A DNA stretch of 64,000 nt from Podarcis bocagei. Its lineage: Eukaryota. Below the pieces are notes generated by a model. That model saw nothing but the letters and a program-made list of their open reading frames with translations, searched no databases and was not told the DNA's origin. The stretch's first letter is position 1; each line of letters begins with the position of its first letter. This document shows, piece after piece, positions 20,586-35,624 of this stretch. The stretch lies in the NCBI GenBank assembly GCA_964188305.1, contig OZ076886.1. One strand, written 5' to 3'. The translations under genes were made by a program, and so were the position numbers.

Positions 20586-23137
20586 ATGACGAGGTGAGAA
20601 AAGTTATGGGGCTGTGAGAATTGAACTTGTGTTAATACTGAGCGGGCTGTCAGAATGTATTGACTCCTCGATGATTGGAGACTTTCAACCCACAGTGCTG
20701 ATTTTGCTGTCTTTGGTGGTTGTGTATACCATGGTTATGTACCAAAAATCTTTCTGTGTTGCTACCTGCTGACAGTGGTTCAGGAACCTTTAACTGGTCA
20801 TTAGCATGGGTCTTTGTGTTCACCTCCCCACCCAGCTTCACTAGGTAATGTTTGGATGTCAGTTCCTCCAAGCTTCTATTCTTTATTTATATAACTTTAG
20901 TTTTGAGTCTGAAACAATAACTGTTTAACACTTTGTACATAAGAAGGTATCATGCTAATCAGGGGTCGGCCATAGGGATATCAGAATAGATCTCTGGGTG
21001 ATTTGATGTAGAGCGGTAAGGATTTTTGATTCCCAGTTGCTTGGCACTGACAATAACAAAATGACCATCCCTTCAAAGTAATGTGGCTCAAGTGATGAAA
21101 AGGGTGGGGTAACCCAAGGTAGATTTTTATATAGAAGGACTGTGAGCTCAGTTTAGTTCAGTGCTCATATTCAAAACAAATTCCTGAGCTCAGTGTTCTT
21201 CAATTCTAAGTGTGCAACTCTTGTGAGCTGGCTGTGATAGTTGGATCATTGAGCTCTAGTTAAAAAAAGAAGTAGATTTTGCATGCCTGAAGTCTGCCTA
21301 CTCCTGATGTAAATGACAACTAAGCACAACCGCAGTCTGTATTGGTCACACTCTCTGAAAAGCGTAATAGCAGCCACATTGAATGGTCTGTAGAGCTAAA
21401 GGATCCTTTTGCCAGGATAGTTAGTATAAATCTTCCTTTTTTGCTTCTTTATTTGTGGCAAAGATCAGTGTCTTGTTTCCTCTCTCACTGGGGTCTCCAC
21501 TGCACTTCCAGTTCTCCTGTCTCCCGAGTTGTATACAATGGCAAGAGAAACAGCAGCCCTCGCTCCCCAAGCAACAGCAGTGAGATCTTCACTCCTGCAC
21601 ATGAGGAGAATGTGCGTTTCATCTCTGAAGGTGCAGTATTTACATTTGAGAAGGCTGATCTCTTCAGTTGCTGCATCTCCACTGAGTCAGTAGCACATTT
21701 CCTTACCTCTTACCCTGTATATAACATATGTTTCTCATGCGGTTGCCAGTTCTGGTGTTATTTTTTCCTTACTCGTGTATTTAAGATGGGTGCGGGAAAG
21801 TGAAGAAAACGAAGATGAGACTCATTGGAATGTTTAGATATGAATCCAACTCTTGGAACTGACTGATAGTTCTGAGGGTATGTGAGACTTGTCTTCTGAT
21901 TCTGCATCCAGCATTACAAACATTTGTCATTGCCTCCCTGCTTCTTTATTTGCATTTAAAGACTTCTCCAGTAGTAAGGGTGGGACCACTGCTTGGTGTC
22001 TAGGCTGTCTTAGGGTGCCAAAAGCTGGCAGTACTCTTGGGCTAAAGGAAAGGGCTCTTCCGTATTCTCCATGTGAAGTTTTATCCCCACTTTAACTGTT
22101 CCCCTTCTCTGCAGCATGGCAGTGTGTGGAGCGGGATCTCCGCAATCAGATGGCAAGTGGTGAACGGGGACTTGTGGAGGAGTATGTGGAGAAGATGCCA
22201 AACCCCAGTCTGAAAAGTGAGTTTTCTTTTGCTAGCTTTCCCCTTTCAAAGAAAGGTCTAATTTAGTCATGGTTACACCTCCTTGGTGACATCCAGTTTA
22301 GATTACTCTGATGTAGGACTGGCTTTGCAGAGCATTTGAAAACATAGAGTGCAAGATACAGCTGAAAGAATCCTAACTGAAACCTGTCACTAGAAGCATT
22401 GTTGTCATTGGTTTCCAGATAGTTTCTGGGCTCAGTTCAAAGTGCTGGTGTTGACTTTTAAAGGTTTATATGACCTGGACTGATCGCTCCAATACAGATC
22501 TGTCTATTGACTCAATTCAGGCCCTGTTCCGGGTCTCTCTGGGGTTGAGCTGGATGGCTATTCATGAAAGGGGCTTTTCAGCAGTTGGCCCCAGGCTCTG
22601 ACATTTGTTCCCTTTGGAAGCCCATTTGTCCTCATCTTTCTTGCTCTTCTGACATATGGTGAAAACTCTCTTGTATAGGAGGATATTTGGAAACATATAG
22701 TGGTAGTGTTATAGTCTATGAATTTGATTAGGTACATGAATATAGATGTACCTACTTTCTTGCATATTAGAGATTTTCTGGTTTCAGAATTTAGGTTATC
22801 ATTCTAGGTAGAACTGGAGACCCCTTGGGTTTGGGTTGTAGTAATGGCCTGCTGTGTTGAATAGGTCTGGGGTACCAACTCAAACCATTTAATTAGGTGT
22901 GTAGGTTACCTGTGATCTGAATTCCAATTTAGGGTACTAACTGTTAGGGGATGGTGGGGAGGCTAGCATCTTTGTTCTTATCAAGGCAGGCTGGAGGGAG
23001 TATTGATGGAAAGCAATGTTGGTAGTCAGGAATCTTACCCTAAATTGTGTCTCCTTTCTTCTTTTTTGACAGCTTTCAGACCTGTTGACTTGAGTGACCT
23101 AAAGCGGCGGAACACACAGGATGCTAAGAAATCCTAA
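20586..23137 (+). CDS. MCRIP1: MAPK-regulated corepressor interacting protein 1 (FAM195B, 97 aa). Coding exons 20586-20593, 21512-21630, 22115-22216, 23073-23137
   Basis: MTS|SPVSRVVYNGKRNSSPRSPSNSSEIFTPAHEENVRFISE|AWQCVERDLRNQMASGERGLVEEYVEKMPNPSLK|TFRPVDLSDLKRRNTQDAKKS*. Exon lengths 8+119+102+65=294 nt. Carries the PxDLS CtBP-binding motif (PVDLS). AATAAA at 24102-24107. Confidence 0.96.
22310..22690 (+). mobile_element. Old L2 LINE 3' fragment
   Basis: Degenerate L2 motifs (ttctgggctcagttcaaagtgctggtgttgacttttaaag; gggcttttcagcagttggccccaggctctg). Confidence 0.55.
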
Positions 23138-26100
23138 AATGGCTTGGCCTGCCTCAGCCCCAAGTGCTGGCGTGTGGCCACTGGTACATGAATTTGATGA
23201 CTTTGTGTTGGTTTCCTCCTTTGGTCTGGCTTGTGCCTGGGGCTGGCTCTGAATTCCCTAAGGAAGGATAGGCTTCTTGCCTTTTCTTCACAGCTTCCCT
23301 TGGCCTGGCCTGGCCTGCCTGCCTTCATTCTACAATTGGCCCCAGAAATTACCTTTTCCCCTTAGTAAATGACATTTTACTCTGATGGTGGCCAAGAGGT
23401 TGGTGTGTACCCTGTCTGTTTTAGGAGTGTGGAATAAGGCAGAAGAATCAGGAACAATATCTAATCTCTCCCTATACCTGTCTCAAAGCCCAGCCCTTCT
23501 TAGGGCAAGGCTAAGAGAGAATGATGGGACAGAAGCAATATGGGTTTTCGTAGTCCACCCTATCAATACATTGTGAGAATTCAGACTGACTCCTCATACA
23601 GTACCTGAGCTTTTAGACTGGAGGATGAAAGAGTGTTGTGCTACGATCTCCATATGCTATCTGCTCAGCTCTGTGGCACAATAATGGCGAAACGCTGAAG
23701 ATAGAGGCTGAGGGACCCAGGTACAAAGTCTCCCAAGGGAAAACTCTTTTTGGGATTCTGTTGTATAGGATAAAACTGAGTCGACTCCCTTATTCTGAGC
23801 TGAGCAGGTACTCCAGGTTCTGCTGTCTTTACACTCTGCTGACTTGCAGCCCCAGCCAGGGGGACAGGTAGCATTTCTGAGCTAGCCCCAGAGCCCAGCC
23901 CCTGTGCCCCAGCAGGGCTGGGGACAGCCTTGGTGTGTGCTGGGCACTGGCAAGTGGCAGTAGTGCCCATGTTTGTGTCCAGCTCAGGCAGTGATGTTGG
24001 GGACCCTGCTCAGAGTTGGGTAGGCAAGGGGCATGGTGGCTGTTCTTTTCCCTTTGTAATGTCCCCTCTTGGTCTGTGTCTGTCTTTTAAGGAGTGTTGT
24101 AAATAAAATCTGGTTAGTCATTTTGACATTCTGCTCTGAGAATTTATCCTGCATCTCTAGCTGGGTTCCCATGAACGGGACTTGCTTACCAATCTTTCTT
24201 TGGGTTCCATGTTCTCATTGTTCTGAACTGCTTCACCTGAGCCAGAGTGAATTTTCTCAAAAGGAAGGGGTTTTATTCCTTTTGTTGCCCAACGGCAGTG
24301 CTTGGCGGCTTCCTCTGTTTTTACTTGACTATTACTCTCCATTGGTGCTGGGCTAGTTGCAACTTAGTCTGTCTGGAGTAATTTACAGTTCAACCTAACC
24401 TGATGCTGTTGTGATGGTTAAGCCTCCAGAAGGGCATTCAAGTCCCTTTTGCAATCCTGTAGGGGAGAAGGAACTATGAAATATCTAGTCCCTTAGGTGT
24501 GATGTATTTAGCTATCAGTCTTCAGAAAGATATCCTAGTGCTTGGTAAACAGTTGCCATTTGGATACACATTATTTTGTGCACCTTAGAAGGGTGTTCAC
24601 ATCGTGCTGTGAAGGAGGTGGAGTTGCAGGATGCTTGGGGAAAGTGCTTCATGTTAGCTATGAGGTGACACCTACTGTGAAGCAAGGCCTCTCTCACAAC
24701 TTGTTATTTCCTTGGCTAATGAAATGGTCATTTTCTGTGTGATTGGCAGCAGGCACCTACAGTGTTTCCTATCCTTGGAATACTGGTGCTTAATAGGGTT
24801 AGCACGGGGTTTATCTGGTGTTGGGTTATGTTGAGTAGTCTTAGCTGACACCTTAAGAAGTTTTTGTGTGCACAGAACACATGTGTGCCTCTGCAGCAGA
24901 ATGGTGGAGACTTTCAGACATCCATTTTCCCTAAGGCAACAGGGTAGGGAGTGTTGCTTAGTAAGGTATTTTTCCTCCTTGAAGTCTGGGAACTGGAGCA
25001 GTGGTGCCTGTAGGGTCAACAGGAAGCTAACATTATTTTCACACTGTAATCTGGCTGCAGGTGATATTATTACCTTTAGTTGGATAAGGAGGATTTTCCT
25101 ACCGCTGCAAACTGAATCAGCACCCCCAAATGCGGTAACGCTTGAATCCTCAGTAGTTTGCTGTGCTGTGGATATTTTATCTCAGTCTGCTTTCCCAAAT
25201 ATATCTTTATGCTAGCTTTCAAATCATACCCAACTTGCTGCGTGCTTTTGCCAGTCTTGATTGAAGTGGGCAATATTTGCACCCAGCCTGACCAGTTTGT
25301 TTACTTTGACCAAATGTCGTGTCATGAATTGGATTAGAACAGAGTGTGTTTCTCTGCCAACAGGCAGCCCAAAAACGTAGCTATGAAAGCAACATGGAGC
25401 ATAGTGCCAAGGAGACGTCAAGGAAGATATAGAAGATCAAATGAAGAAAATAAAGGTTGCCCGTGGTGTGATAATGATAAACGGGATGGTTTCAGTAAAT
25501 CTTTCAGCACCTCTAACCATACACTTCCCTCCATGCAGTATTGCAGGGTTTCTTTTTCTGGCTGAAATATGAAGCCAACATGGGAATTAACCCAATTAAG
25601 TGAGATCTTATTTGTTGATCCAAGCTAAACAAAGAGGGCAGTTTTCCAAGACACTCTGAAAGTGTAAATCTTTACTTGGGATAGGTTTACATTCTATTTG
25701 TGGGGTTAGTCCATAGAGGTTACTTCTTTCCATTAATCATTATTGCTCTTTCTTGTGTTTAATAGATTATGCTTTAGTGCAGTGCTGCCTCAGGGAAAAT
25801 GTGGTTGCAGCCCAAAACAGCCCTGTGTCTAGCCCCCCCCCCCCCATTTTTGAGGAAAACAAGGAGAACCAGACATGTTGTTTTTGGTAATATGTAGTTA
25901 TGTCCCTTGTTCTTCACCAGATATTTTGGGATGTGTAAAGGCTTTATAGATTTCAGAAAATATTATCAGCCTCAGAATTAGTCCTCCTGCCCCAGCTTTT
26001 TGATGATACAGGTATAGATACAGGAATATGCAGTGCTTTGTGAATCTTTGAGGATAGATGTTAGTCCTCAACCCATTGTGTAGGGATGCCAAAGTCTGTA

Positions 26101-26562
26101 AATGTGCTGATCACATCTGTCCCTTCTGTTGAAAAGGCTACAGAATGGTCATTCATTAGTGCTAACCCATGTGGCTGTTTGTGTGAAGTTACACCTACAT
26201 AATTTGAGTCTTTCCTTTGATTTGACTGGGCAGTGTCCCTTGCAACCTCTTACCTGAGTGGCTGCATCGTTAGACCAGACACCTTTGCAATTCACCCACC
26301 CCAAAAAATATTCCAAATGTGGGCACAACTGGAATGTGATGAGATTATATGGAACAAATCAGCTCATGTTGATTTCTCAACATAAACATTTTATCATGTA
26401 AATTGACCCTTAATCACCCAAGAGTGATGGGCTTGGTATGGACTTTGACCAGAGAATTTATAATGCTATGTTTTAAAAATACAAAATTAACATGGTGGAG
26501 GAAACTTTTATATGTGTATATCCTGCTACGAACAATCCACATTACTGTGCGTCACACAACTA

Positions 26563-26858
26563 CAGTGGTGCCCCGCAAGACGAATGCCTCACAAGACGAA
26601 AAACTCGCTAGACGAAAGAGTTTTCCATTTTTTGAGTCGTTCCGCAAGACGAATTTCCCTATGGGCTTGCTTCGCAAGACGAAACGTCTTGCGAGTTCTT
26701 GAGAGTTTGTTTCCTTTTTCTTAAAGCCACTAAGCCGTTAATAGCCGCTAAGCCGTTAATAGCCGCTAAGCCACTAATAGCCGTGCTTCGCAAGACAAAA
26801 AACTGCAAGACGAAGAGACTCGTGGAACGGATTAATTTCGTCTTGCGAGGCACCACTG
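26563..26858. mobile_element. Tigger-like Tc1/mariner MITE
   Basis: TA|CAGTGGTGCCCCGCAAGACGAA ... TTCGTCTTGCGAGGCACCACTG|TA, with repeated CGCAAGACGAA motifs and an internal 18-bp tandem repeat (taagccgttaatagccgc). Confidence 0.88.
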
Positions 26859-27569
26859 TATATGGGTAAAGGAGGACAAAGACATTTGGGCAGCCATTTC
26901 CTATAGTCAGTTTTTTTAGTTTATTTAAGTGCAATGATGAGATCACCTTTAGGTCTTTAAAAGTGATAGGGAAAATCTGCAGTGCTGAAATGATGGCAAT
27001 GAAGAGAAAGAGGGGCGAGTCTTAAATCTTAAAAGTTAGCACCATGGCACTTTCATTTTGTCATTATTGTGTGGAGAACTTAACTTTTTTAATAAGTATG
27101 GCCAAAAAAGTGTCTTGATGCTAATGATCGGAACTAAGGGAATAACAAAGAATTCTTGATAAAATGATGCCCCTTATAGAGGTGATAGTGGGTGTGTGAT
27201 ACTGCTGATATGTTCACCTGCCCGATAAGACACCACACACATTGGATTTGGAAAAGCCTAGCTATGGCTATCTGCGTGTGCAGAAAAACTGCAACCAGTT
27301 CTAGTAAAAAATTAAAAGCAGATATTCTGATCTCCGAGAAAAGGCAGAAGAGCCATAGAAGAAACATGGGGGGGGGGACAACAATTGGATGCTGACATCA
27401 TGTGGGTGCCTTGTGGAAAGCGAGTGAATGAAGCAATAATAATAAAAATAATGATATAATGTATTATTTATACCCCGTCTGTATGGCTGGGTTTCACAAG
27501 GCAGTTTATCACTAGCCGAGTACAGAAACTAACCCCAGTGTGGGTGCTTGGGAATAAAGTGTCCTAGGT

Positions 27570-27571
<2 letters not shown>

Positions 27572-27609
<38 letters not shown>
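27572..27609. repeat. (GT)n microsatellite
   Basis: Direct inspection. Confidence 0.95.
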
Positions 27610-27611
<2 letters not shown>

Positions 27612-30600
27612 TCTTGGTCTGCAGCTAAATGACTATTCATTTGCCAGCTTGGATTTTGTCCCTGGGCCTCCAGCTGCCAATCCCTACGTTCTGCCTTCTA
27701 CTTAACGTGGGGGCTGTATTTGTAGATGGATCACACGTCATCTTGTTTTTGTATGATTCCCGTTGTTGTGGAACTTCAGGGCACATGCTCATGGTCTCTT
27801 GAGATGAGCTTGTCACCTCTTACCCAGCCAGCCATACTCGAATGATCAAAAGTTGTGAAATAGTGTGCTTTCCCCATCCTTTTAGCATACACTTACATGA
27901 GCAGTGGGGGATTCTATTCAGCTTAAGTGATTGTGAATGTGGAACTGGAAGAGTAAGTCCTGGTCCGTGAATTAACAACATGGAACACTTGTCTTTTTAC
28001 ACCTTATACATAGGACTGTGGAAGCCAACTTAATGGCTTTGGAAACCTGCACTGTTTTCCACACTCATAAGGTACCACAGTCCTGCGAGAAAGCATGAGA
28101 CATCCCTGTTGCTGTCTGAGGGGACTGGGATTTAAATGCTGCATCTATTAATATACCCAGATCTGTTTTCGTCCTTTGGTCCAGAGGATTTATTGCCATC
28201 TAAATTACACTTACTAGATGCAAGATTTCCCCCATCACTTCACCAAGGCTGAACCCTGTCACCTCTGGCCACTGTGAATCTCTTGAAACACAGTCCTATT
28301 TAGAGAGTCTGACCTGTGAGGTTTATGAGCTATCCCCCACCACCACCCCTTGCATTTTGTGGCCTAGAATTCTTTTGGGGGTTATGAGGTCAAATTTTGG
28401 CATAGTGGGTCTAATTACATTAAATAAAAAAATGTTTTCACCGCTGAAAAAGTGAGGACTTTTACCAAATCACAAAAGTAATTGGATTTAATAGTCCTTG
28501 CTGTTAATGCTGGCTCTGATCCTGCACAAGTTGACATGATACCCTTCACACATGAAACGCTAGAGGAACAGGAATATTGTTGCAGGGAATAGCCTTTCCA
28601 CCACCACTCCATTTCAGAGGGGTGGGGGGCTCAAAACCTTCACTCAAAACCATAATTAAATTCTAAGGAAAATAAAATGAATTATTCTAGAAAGGTATTG
28701 CATTACAAAAAGAAGGGGGCAGCCATGCTGCTCTACAAATCTCTCTCTCTCTGCGTAACAGGATTTTGTGTGAATATGCTTGTTCCTGAAAGATACAGCA
28801 GATTCAGAAAAGATACAGAAAGATTCAGGTTTTTTAAAAAGTGGCAAAATGATGGGGTCAGGGAAGCTTATCACTTTTAGTATAACGCTTATCACTTTTA
28901 GTACAGTATTCACTCCTGCAACAGTTGTGGTAAATAAAAGGAAATAGCAAATTCCCAGTAGCAAAATACTGTAGCTTGTGTATTTTTTAAAAATTAAAAA
29001 ATGCAGTGAGTTTGCAATTGGCTTGGAGGCAAGTGCACATGTAGCTTTCTCACAACAACAAAAATACTGTGCATTTGTTTTGCATTGAAATTGTCCTAAA
29101 ATACCTTGCACGTTGAAGAGAAACCCATCTAATGAAATAAAGAAAAAGGGTGTTGCTCATACTATAGATTTAAACCTGTGGAGAGTTCACAGTAAAAACA
29201 AATATCTGATGTTGATGTGGGTGGAACAGTTCCCCTAGTTGATGTGTCAGCAAGCACTCATTAACACAAAGGGTGGGGTTTTTGTGTTGCATTAACTGGA
29301 AAGAGTTGGGAGTGGTTTGATCTTGTTACATCCATCCAAATACACAAGGACGGGACACGGGACATTGAGACATCCCCATGCTAGTTGTTCTTTATCCATC
29401 TATACAGATCAGTGTCGCTTGGTTGATTGCAGAAAATAAGAAATATTCTTCTGTCCAACAGACAGGGCCACATTTCCTATTCTGTGTTTTTAATCCTCTT
29501 CCTGCTTTCTCACTAAATCCCTTTCAGTGAATTCACCCATCCATGTAGGCCCTTAGATATGAGGATAGTAAAGCCTTTACATCTATTCCATGCTCATCCC
29601 TGATGACAACAGATATGCCTATCTGCATATTGAGTCTGTCCCCACTTCCCATACACTAACAGAAAGCTTTTTTTTTAAGTTGCCTTCTTTATTCTGCCTA
29701 TTTGCTTGTCTGCTTTGGACACCTTTCCTATTATTAATTAGCTGCCTGGTAGCTAATTAACTACTGTTCTCATGATTCTGCTGCAAGACTTGTATTAATC
29801 TATGATATCCCTGAAATCACAGTGATTCATGATTTCACTAGATTTGTATAACGTGTATAGAAGGGGATGGTGTGTTGCCAAACATGGTTAAAAAAGTGTT
29901 AAAAGTTATAGGAGAATGAAGAGCAGGTATTATCTTGTGGCTGTACAGCAGCACAGGTGTGGATAAGGTGAGATCTGCTCAGCAGGCAGCAGGGGGCCTG
30001 AAGTGGTGTGTCAATCCATGTGAGGCCTTCTTTGTTCCACTTTCATTTCCACATGGAAGTCAGCAACTTGTGTGATAACAGTATGGCACAAGAGAGAGAA
30101 TTTGGAGTACCCAAGCTCTATCTGGATGGACCGAAACTTGTTTAATTGGTTTCATCCATAAATGTAAGGAGGCTGCAATCCTTTCTGCCCATAAACAAAA
30201 CAGAAGTGGCTTGGCTGGCTGAAAATAAAAATATCATAAAACTGGGTCCAACAAAGAGCACCCTCTTCTCTCATTCCTGTTTTCTCTCTCATGTCAAGTG
30301 AAAGGAGCCAAAGTGTGAAGCAATGCCCTTGAGCTCCCATGTTTTCTCTGTCCTGATGGGGAAATAAGTTTGGATAAAATTTGTGGGACGTTCCCTGTTT
30401 TTGTCTGAAGATGGCAGTGCTGATACAAATGAAACATGCCTTGTTGGCGACGTCTTGGCTCTCATTAGGGAGTGAATAGACAAGAAAAAGAAACCAGTCA
30501 CAAGAACATCAACTGTACCAGACTAGATTGAGTTGACGGCCTGACCTGCTCAGTATGCTGTTCCAGTTGCACAACAGAAAAATGTACAAACAAGGTTAAT

Positions 30601-30817
30601 ATAGGTAGATGTATGCCTTGTGATATATTCCCAGCTTATAAAAAAACTAGAAATAATTTGAGTCTAAGCTTGCTGTGTCCCAGAGGTAGAGTGAAGAACT
30701 CCTGGAAAGGAAGAACTGGCACCTGCAAAGCCCAATATCCAAAGAGTACGTGGTTTATTCTGAGGCAGGATACTAATCATTAATCTACAGTAATCGGGAA
30801 CTAAGTTTTAAAATGTA

Positions 30818-31059
30818 CAGTGGTACCTTGGGTTAAGTATTTAATTCGTTCCGGAGGTCCGTACTTAACCTGAAACTGTACTTAACCTGAAGCACCACTT
30901 TAATTAATGGGGCCTCCTGCTGCTGCCGCACAGCCGGAGCACGATTTCTGTTCTCATCCTGAAGCAAAGTTCTTAACCTGAAGCACTATTTCTTGGTTAG
31001 CAGAGTCTGTAACCTGAAGCGTATGTAACCTGAAGCATATGTAACCCGAGGTACCACTG
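30818..31059. mobile_element. Tc1/mariner MITE
   Basis: TA|CAGTGGTACCTTGGGTTA ... TAACCCGAGGTACCACTG|TA. Confidence 0.9.
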
Positions 31060-34000
31060 TACAATAGTTCAGCTACATCAACATAATACACCATATTCCG
31101 AACCAAACATGTATAGTCTTCTATCATCATAGAGTTAAAACGTTCTTCCTAAAGCCAAGCACCAACCTTTTGGGTGGTTGGTAGAGCTCTTCTGTTTGTT
31201 TCCTGCTGTTGACAGGCCTTCAAGTAGTTGAATAGTAGATTATGTCACCTCTTAGTATTTTCTGTGCTAAGCAAAATCAATTTCTGCAGTCTGTTTTTAT
31301 CATGGCACCACTTGTTCTCCAGTTATCCAGCATAGTTGGGGCGGGGAGTTAAGTTCTAGAAATCATGAAGTGGTTTTGACCTTTCCTGGGTGAGGAAGAG
31401 CAAAGTGGTCTTAATAAACTAAGTAACCAGCAAGAGCTATCTTCGAAACATGAAGATTTCCCTAAATACTTATTGACATAGAAAGTGTGAATTTTTCAAG
31501 CCTAGTCTTCCTTATGCCCAAGGTAGCCTAGGTGCTGAGGGTTGAGTCCTACAAACGCATCTTCAGCTCTTTTCATTCAGATGAGAATACACAGCATCAC
31601 CCAACCATCCATCTAGTTATGTGTGAGAAGTTTTAAAGCGATAATTTATCTGCCGCACATGTATGCTGCCCTTCCAAGGTGCTCCGTATGGATGCTAACC
31701 TCAGGGCTCCTCCAGACAACCTATTTATTGAGCATTCATCCTCATTTACTTGCACAATTTAACCTTATGCAGAGGTTAGTTTATGTGTGGTATTTATTGA
31801 GCATATGTTCTGATTTGCTGGTCGGGTGTTCATACACCTTTCCGTTATCCATTCGTGCCAGTGCATTTCCTCTTCGCTTTCTTAATCACAAAAATCCATT
31901 TTAAAAAAGGATTTGTTGCACTATGGTGACAGAGCACTCTAATCCACTTTAATTGGTATGCACTTGAATCCCTCCTGCAAAATACAACCTGGAGTTGCCC
32001 TCACAGTCCCTGCCCTTTGTACTGTAGGTTAGGTAGGCAGAGAGAAAGTGATTTGCCTAGGCTTACTCAATGAGCTTGGGGCTGAACCAGCTTTTGAATC
32101 CTAGATTTTCCATATTCAATCCTGACAGTAGCCAGATAACCACACGGCTCCTGTTAAGCTAGGACAGTTTGCTATGACACTAGGCTAAGAAACCCCTGTG
32201 AATGATGTATGCAGACTGATTGCTGGATTTCTTCAATCAGAATAGTGATGAGAACTAAGTACGGAATTGGCTTCTAAAATGCCCTGAAGATTTTCAAGGA
32301 GAACAGATCTGTCATTGGCCATATATACCCCTTATGAAATACATAACGCTACCAGAAATTGGGAGGGACTCTGTTCTATTTGCACCTTGCATCAGTAAGC
32401 CCTTCCTCTTCCGCATCTAGAGGGGTGGTTCTTGGAAATGAGTTGCTCATTGTTGTGACTCAGTTCTAATGACGCGCTTGGCCAACAGCCCCTGATAGAA
32501 AACATTGTTCCCTTCATTTAAGCCTTTAATTATGTAGTCATTACACTGCTGTTGGCGCAGAGCTGAGATACGCAAAACACGCATTCGGTTATGTGGTCTG
32601 CGTGAAAGGATCTAGGAACCCTCATAGGCATGGATGGAATCCCTGGTGGTGTGGTTCAGATGTGTGTTTGGAATAGAGCCAAATTTCTGCATCAACTTAC
32701 TATAGTGGATGTCGTGCATTAACTCTACAGTTCAGTCTGTACACTTGATCTGTGTAGGTGTTCTTGTACCTGCTCAGTCTATACTTGCAAGTACAGAATG
32801 AATTTGGGGCGGCAGCACTGTTTTCACAAGGTGCAAGCATACATTTGGCTCTAGATGACGAGTTTTTAAAAGGATGGTCAATAGAAGCATCTTGGAACCA
32901 AAGCTTGACTGCGCATCTCTAGGAATGTCCTGTGCAACCTGAGGGATGGAGGTGCCATGGCAGCAGTGGGGCAGTGAATGCAAGTTATATTTGGAATTAC
33001 AAAAGGCAAACGCCCTATAACAAAAGTGAACTCAAACAATACCAGAATGAAATTAGGTTGCTTGTACTGCAAATACTGGAAACTGCTTTCTCCCCCAGAG
33101 ATGTGTGTGTTCGCATGTGCTTTTCACTGCAGTTTCTTCCATTCTTCTGTGACAAATTAGTAGCTTCTTGAGATGGGGTGAAAATAGCACAGTATTCAAG
33201 TTAGGCTGACACCCCAAATATATGTGGTTGTGATATTTTTGGTTTTATTTTTATGTTTCCCCTAACAGTTCCTGACATTGTTTGTCTCTTTGATGACTGT
33301 TCAGTACATCAAGTTGATATTTTCTCAGTGAGCTGTGTTATCTGTAAGGATTATCAGATGTCTTTTCTGCATACTTCATTTTTCTAGAATCCCAACACTT
33401 GTGCTTCTCAACCTTGAATTTGATTGCATTGTTTCTTATGAGGCATTTTATGAGATCTGTGTGTAAGTCTGTTGCAGCATTTTATGAGCTTAATTGTGCT
33501 AAATCAAACTGATTGTCTGCCGGTTGTGCATACTTCCTCTCCATCCCCTTTTCCAGTTAATCAATGGGTAAACTGTGAGACATCCTGCAGTTTGCCTTTT
33601 CTACGTGGTGAAAAATCCCATTCATCTCAAGGCTCATTCTTCTTTTAACCTGATCTATGAATGAACTAGTTTCTCTTATCCTATGAGTCATGACAAGGGG
33701 ATCTAGATACCTGAATGACTTTTTCTGCTTTGAGCTGCAGAATATATAATTTTAAATAGGTTTCAGTGACTTTTTGGAATTCAAAGCTGTTGTTTTTCAA
33801 AGCATGATTTAATTAAGCTTTTCAAAATCCAGTCGATAATGATAGGAAAAGTTAAGCAAGTGCCGTTCCTGAAATCAAGGAAACTTAAAAGTACTTAATT
33901 TTGGCTGGGTTTAGTTTTAAGGTTCTTGTCCTCTTTGTTTACATATCCATTAGCTTCCCTTAGCTCCCATCTAAAAAGGAGTTTGTATAGTGTGGAAACA

Positions 34001-35624
34001 TTTTTATTCCACATAGCTCCTGAATATGTTTAGCATGTGTTTGTTTATTTTTCCTGAAGCCAACAGTTTAGTTTTATTTTATTTGGTAAGAGAGCTAGGA
34101 TTGTGACAGTTATCTGATTTTCTTTTAATGACCAAATTTTACGCTGTGAAGAGCAAAATGAATCACTACCATTAACGCTGAGTTGTTACAAACAAGATAG
34201 TATTGAGATAATAAAAGGCCCTAGGAGAGCAACAGAAACCGAATGACAGCTTCCCAAACTCATTAGGCTGATTATGGTGCGTTTCCTCTCCATACATTAT
34301 TCCTAAGGCGCTAGCATTTAAAAGTGTGTAAACATTATGATGTCTCTTTTAATCCACAGAAATGCATGTGCCTAAGTGGTGAAAGTACGTTTTGAGGTTT
34401 TACTGAACTTCTTTGCAGCAGAATAGAAAACACATTTCTATAAAACACTTTAAAGTGATGTTTTCATACATGGGCCTTGAATCATCATTCAAATGAAATA
34501 ATGCTGGAAATAGTTATTCTTTCTGACTGTTTCAGCTCTGTTTAAATTGCAGGCCTGGCTGAATCTTATAAATTAAACCGAGAAAAGATTTCAGAAGGAA
34601 TTCAAGTCTCACTGTTTTGACCCCAGAGTGGTGGATGGGACAGCTATAGCTTCTTTTCCTATATATTTTTCCTGGACACCTTGTAAGACACATGAATTGC
34701 TGCACATGCCCCATCTAGCCCCCCCCCCCGCTCTTCTGACGCTCCTATTCTCTCCCCCTCTTCTGAAATCTTATTCTTTGATACTGTTTGCACAGAGGGA
34801 TGGGGGAAATCAGTCAGTACTGAGGCTAGTGTAAAGATTGATTGTGGATATCAACTCCTATATGAAACAAGACTCAAGATTGATTGTCCTCCTTTTCAGT
34901 AATTGTATATTTAGCAAAGGAATGATCGTATCAGTCCTTGACATCTGTGCAGTTGCTTGCTAATTTTACAGACTCCTCTCCATATGAAGTAGTCTGCTAG
35001 CTCCAGAGTCCATCACTCCTGTGAGCAAGGTAATGTGTGTATATGAACCAGCATGGCCTGGCTTAAAAACATCCCCCTTCCACAATCACAAGTTGCTCAC
35101 CTGTGCTTAGGCAGAGCTGGTCTATATGTACTTTGTGATAAGTCCTTGCCTCCTAGTGTTTAGTCATGCCTGTGTCCACTAGCAGGTAACTCATTCCTCC
35201 TAAGAAGTCTGGATTCCTGCCTAGCTAGTGTTGCTCTTGTCAGAGCATCCCCTGTTACCATGGAAGCCCATCCTTCGCAGATGACATGTGCCACAGTCCT
35301 TTACAGCTGGGAGAAAATGTCAGTTCATTTGATCTTCTGCCTTCCCTGTGGCGCATGGAACCCGAGTGCGCTGGGGAAGCAAGCAGCACTGGTGGGGCCC
35401 AGGAAACCGCTTCACTTTCTGCTCTTTGCACTGTGAGAGAACTTTGCAACCGAGGAGAACAAATTTCCCTAAATTGGCCTCACTTCATTGGGAAATGCAG
35501 GCAGTGATAAGAGGAGCTAGTGGGGGATGTGTTGAAGTTGGGCTGACACAAGTTGTTTTGGGAGTAGTCCTCTGAGAGACACATATGGCAGGGTACAATT
35601 TATGGGCCCCAAGAATCAATAGGT

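Noticed and set aside
26563-26858. Regularly recurring CGCAAGACGAA motifs resembling a CRISPR-like array
   Set aside because: They are subterminal repeats inside a TA-flanked MITE in a vertebrate genome, with irregular spacing and no cas genes.
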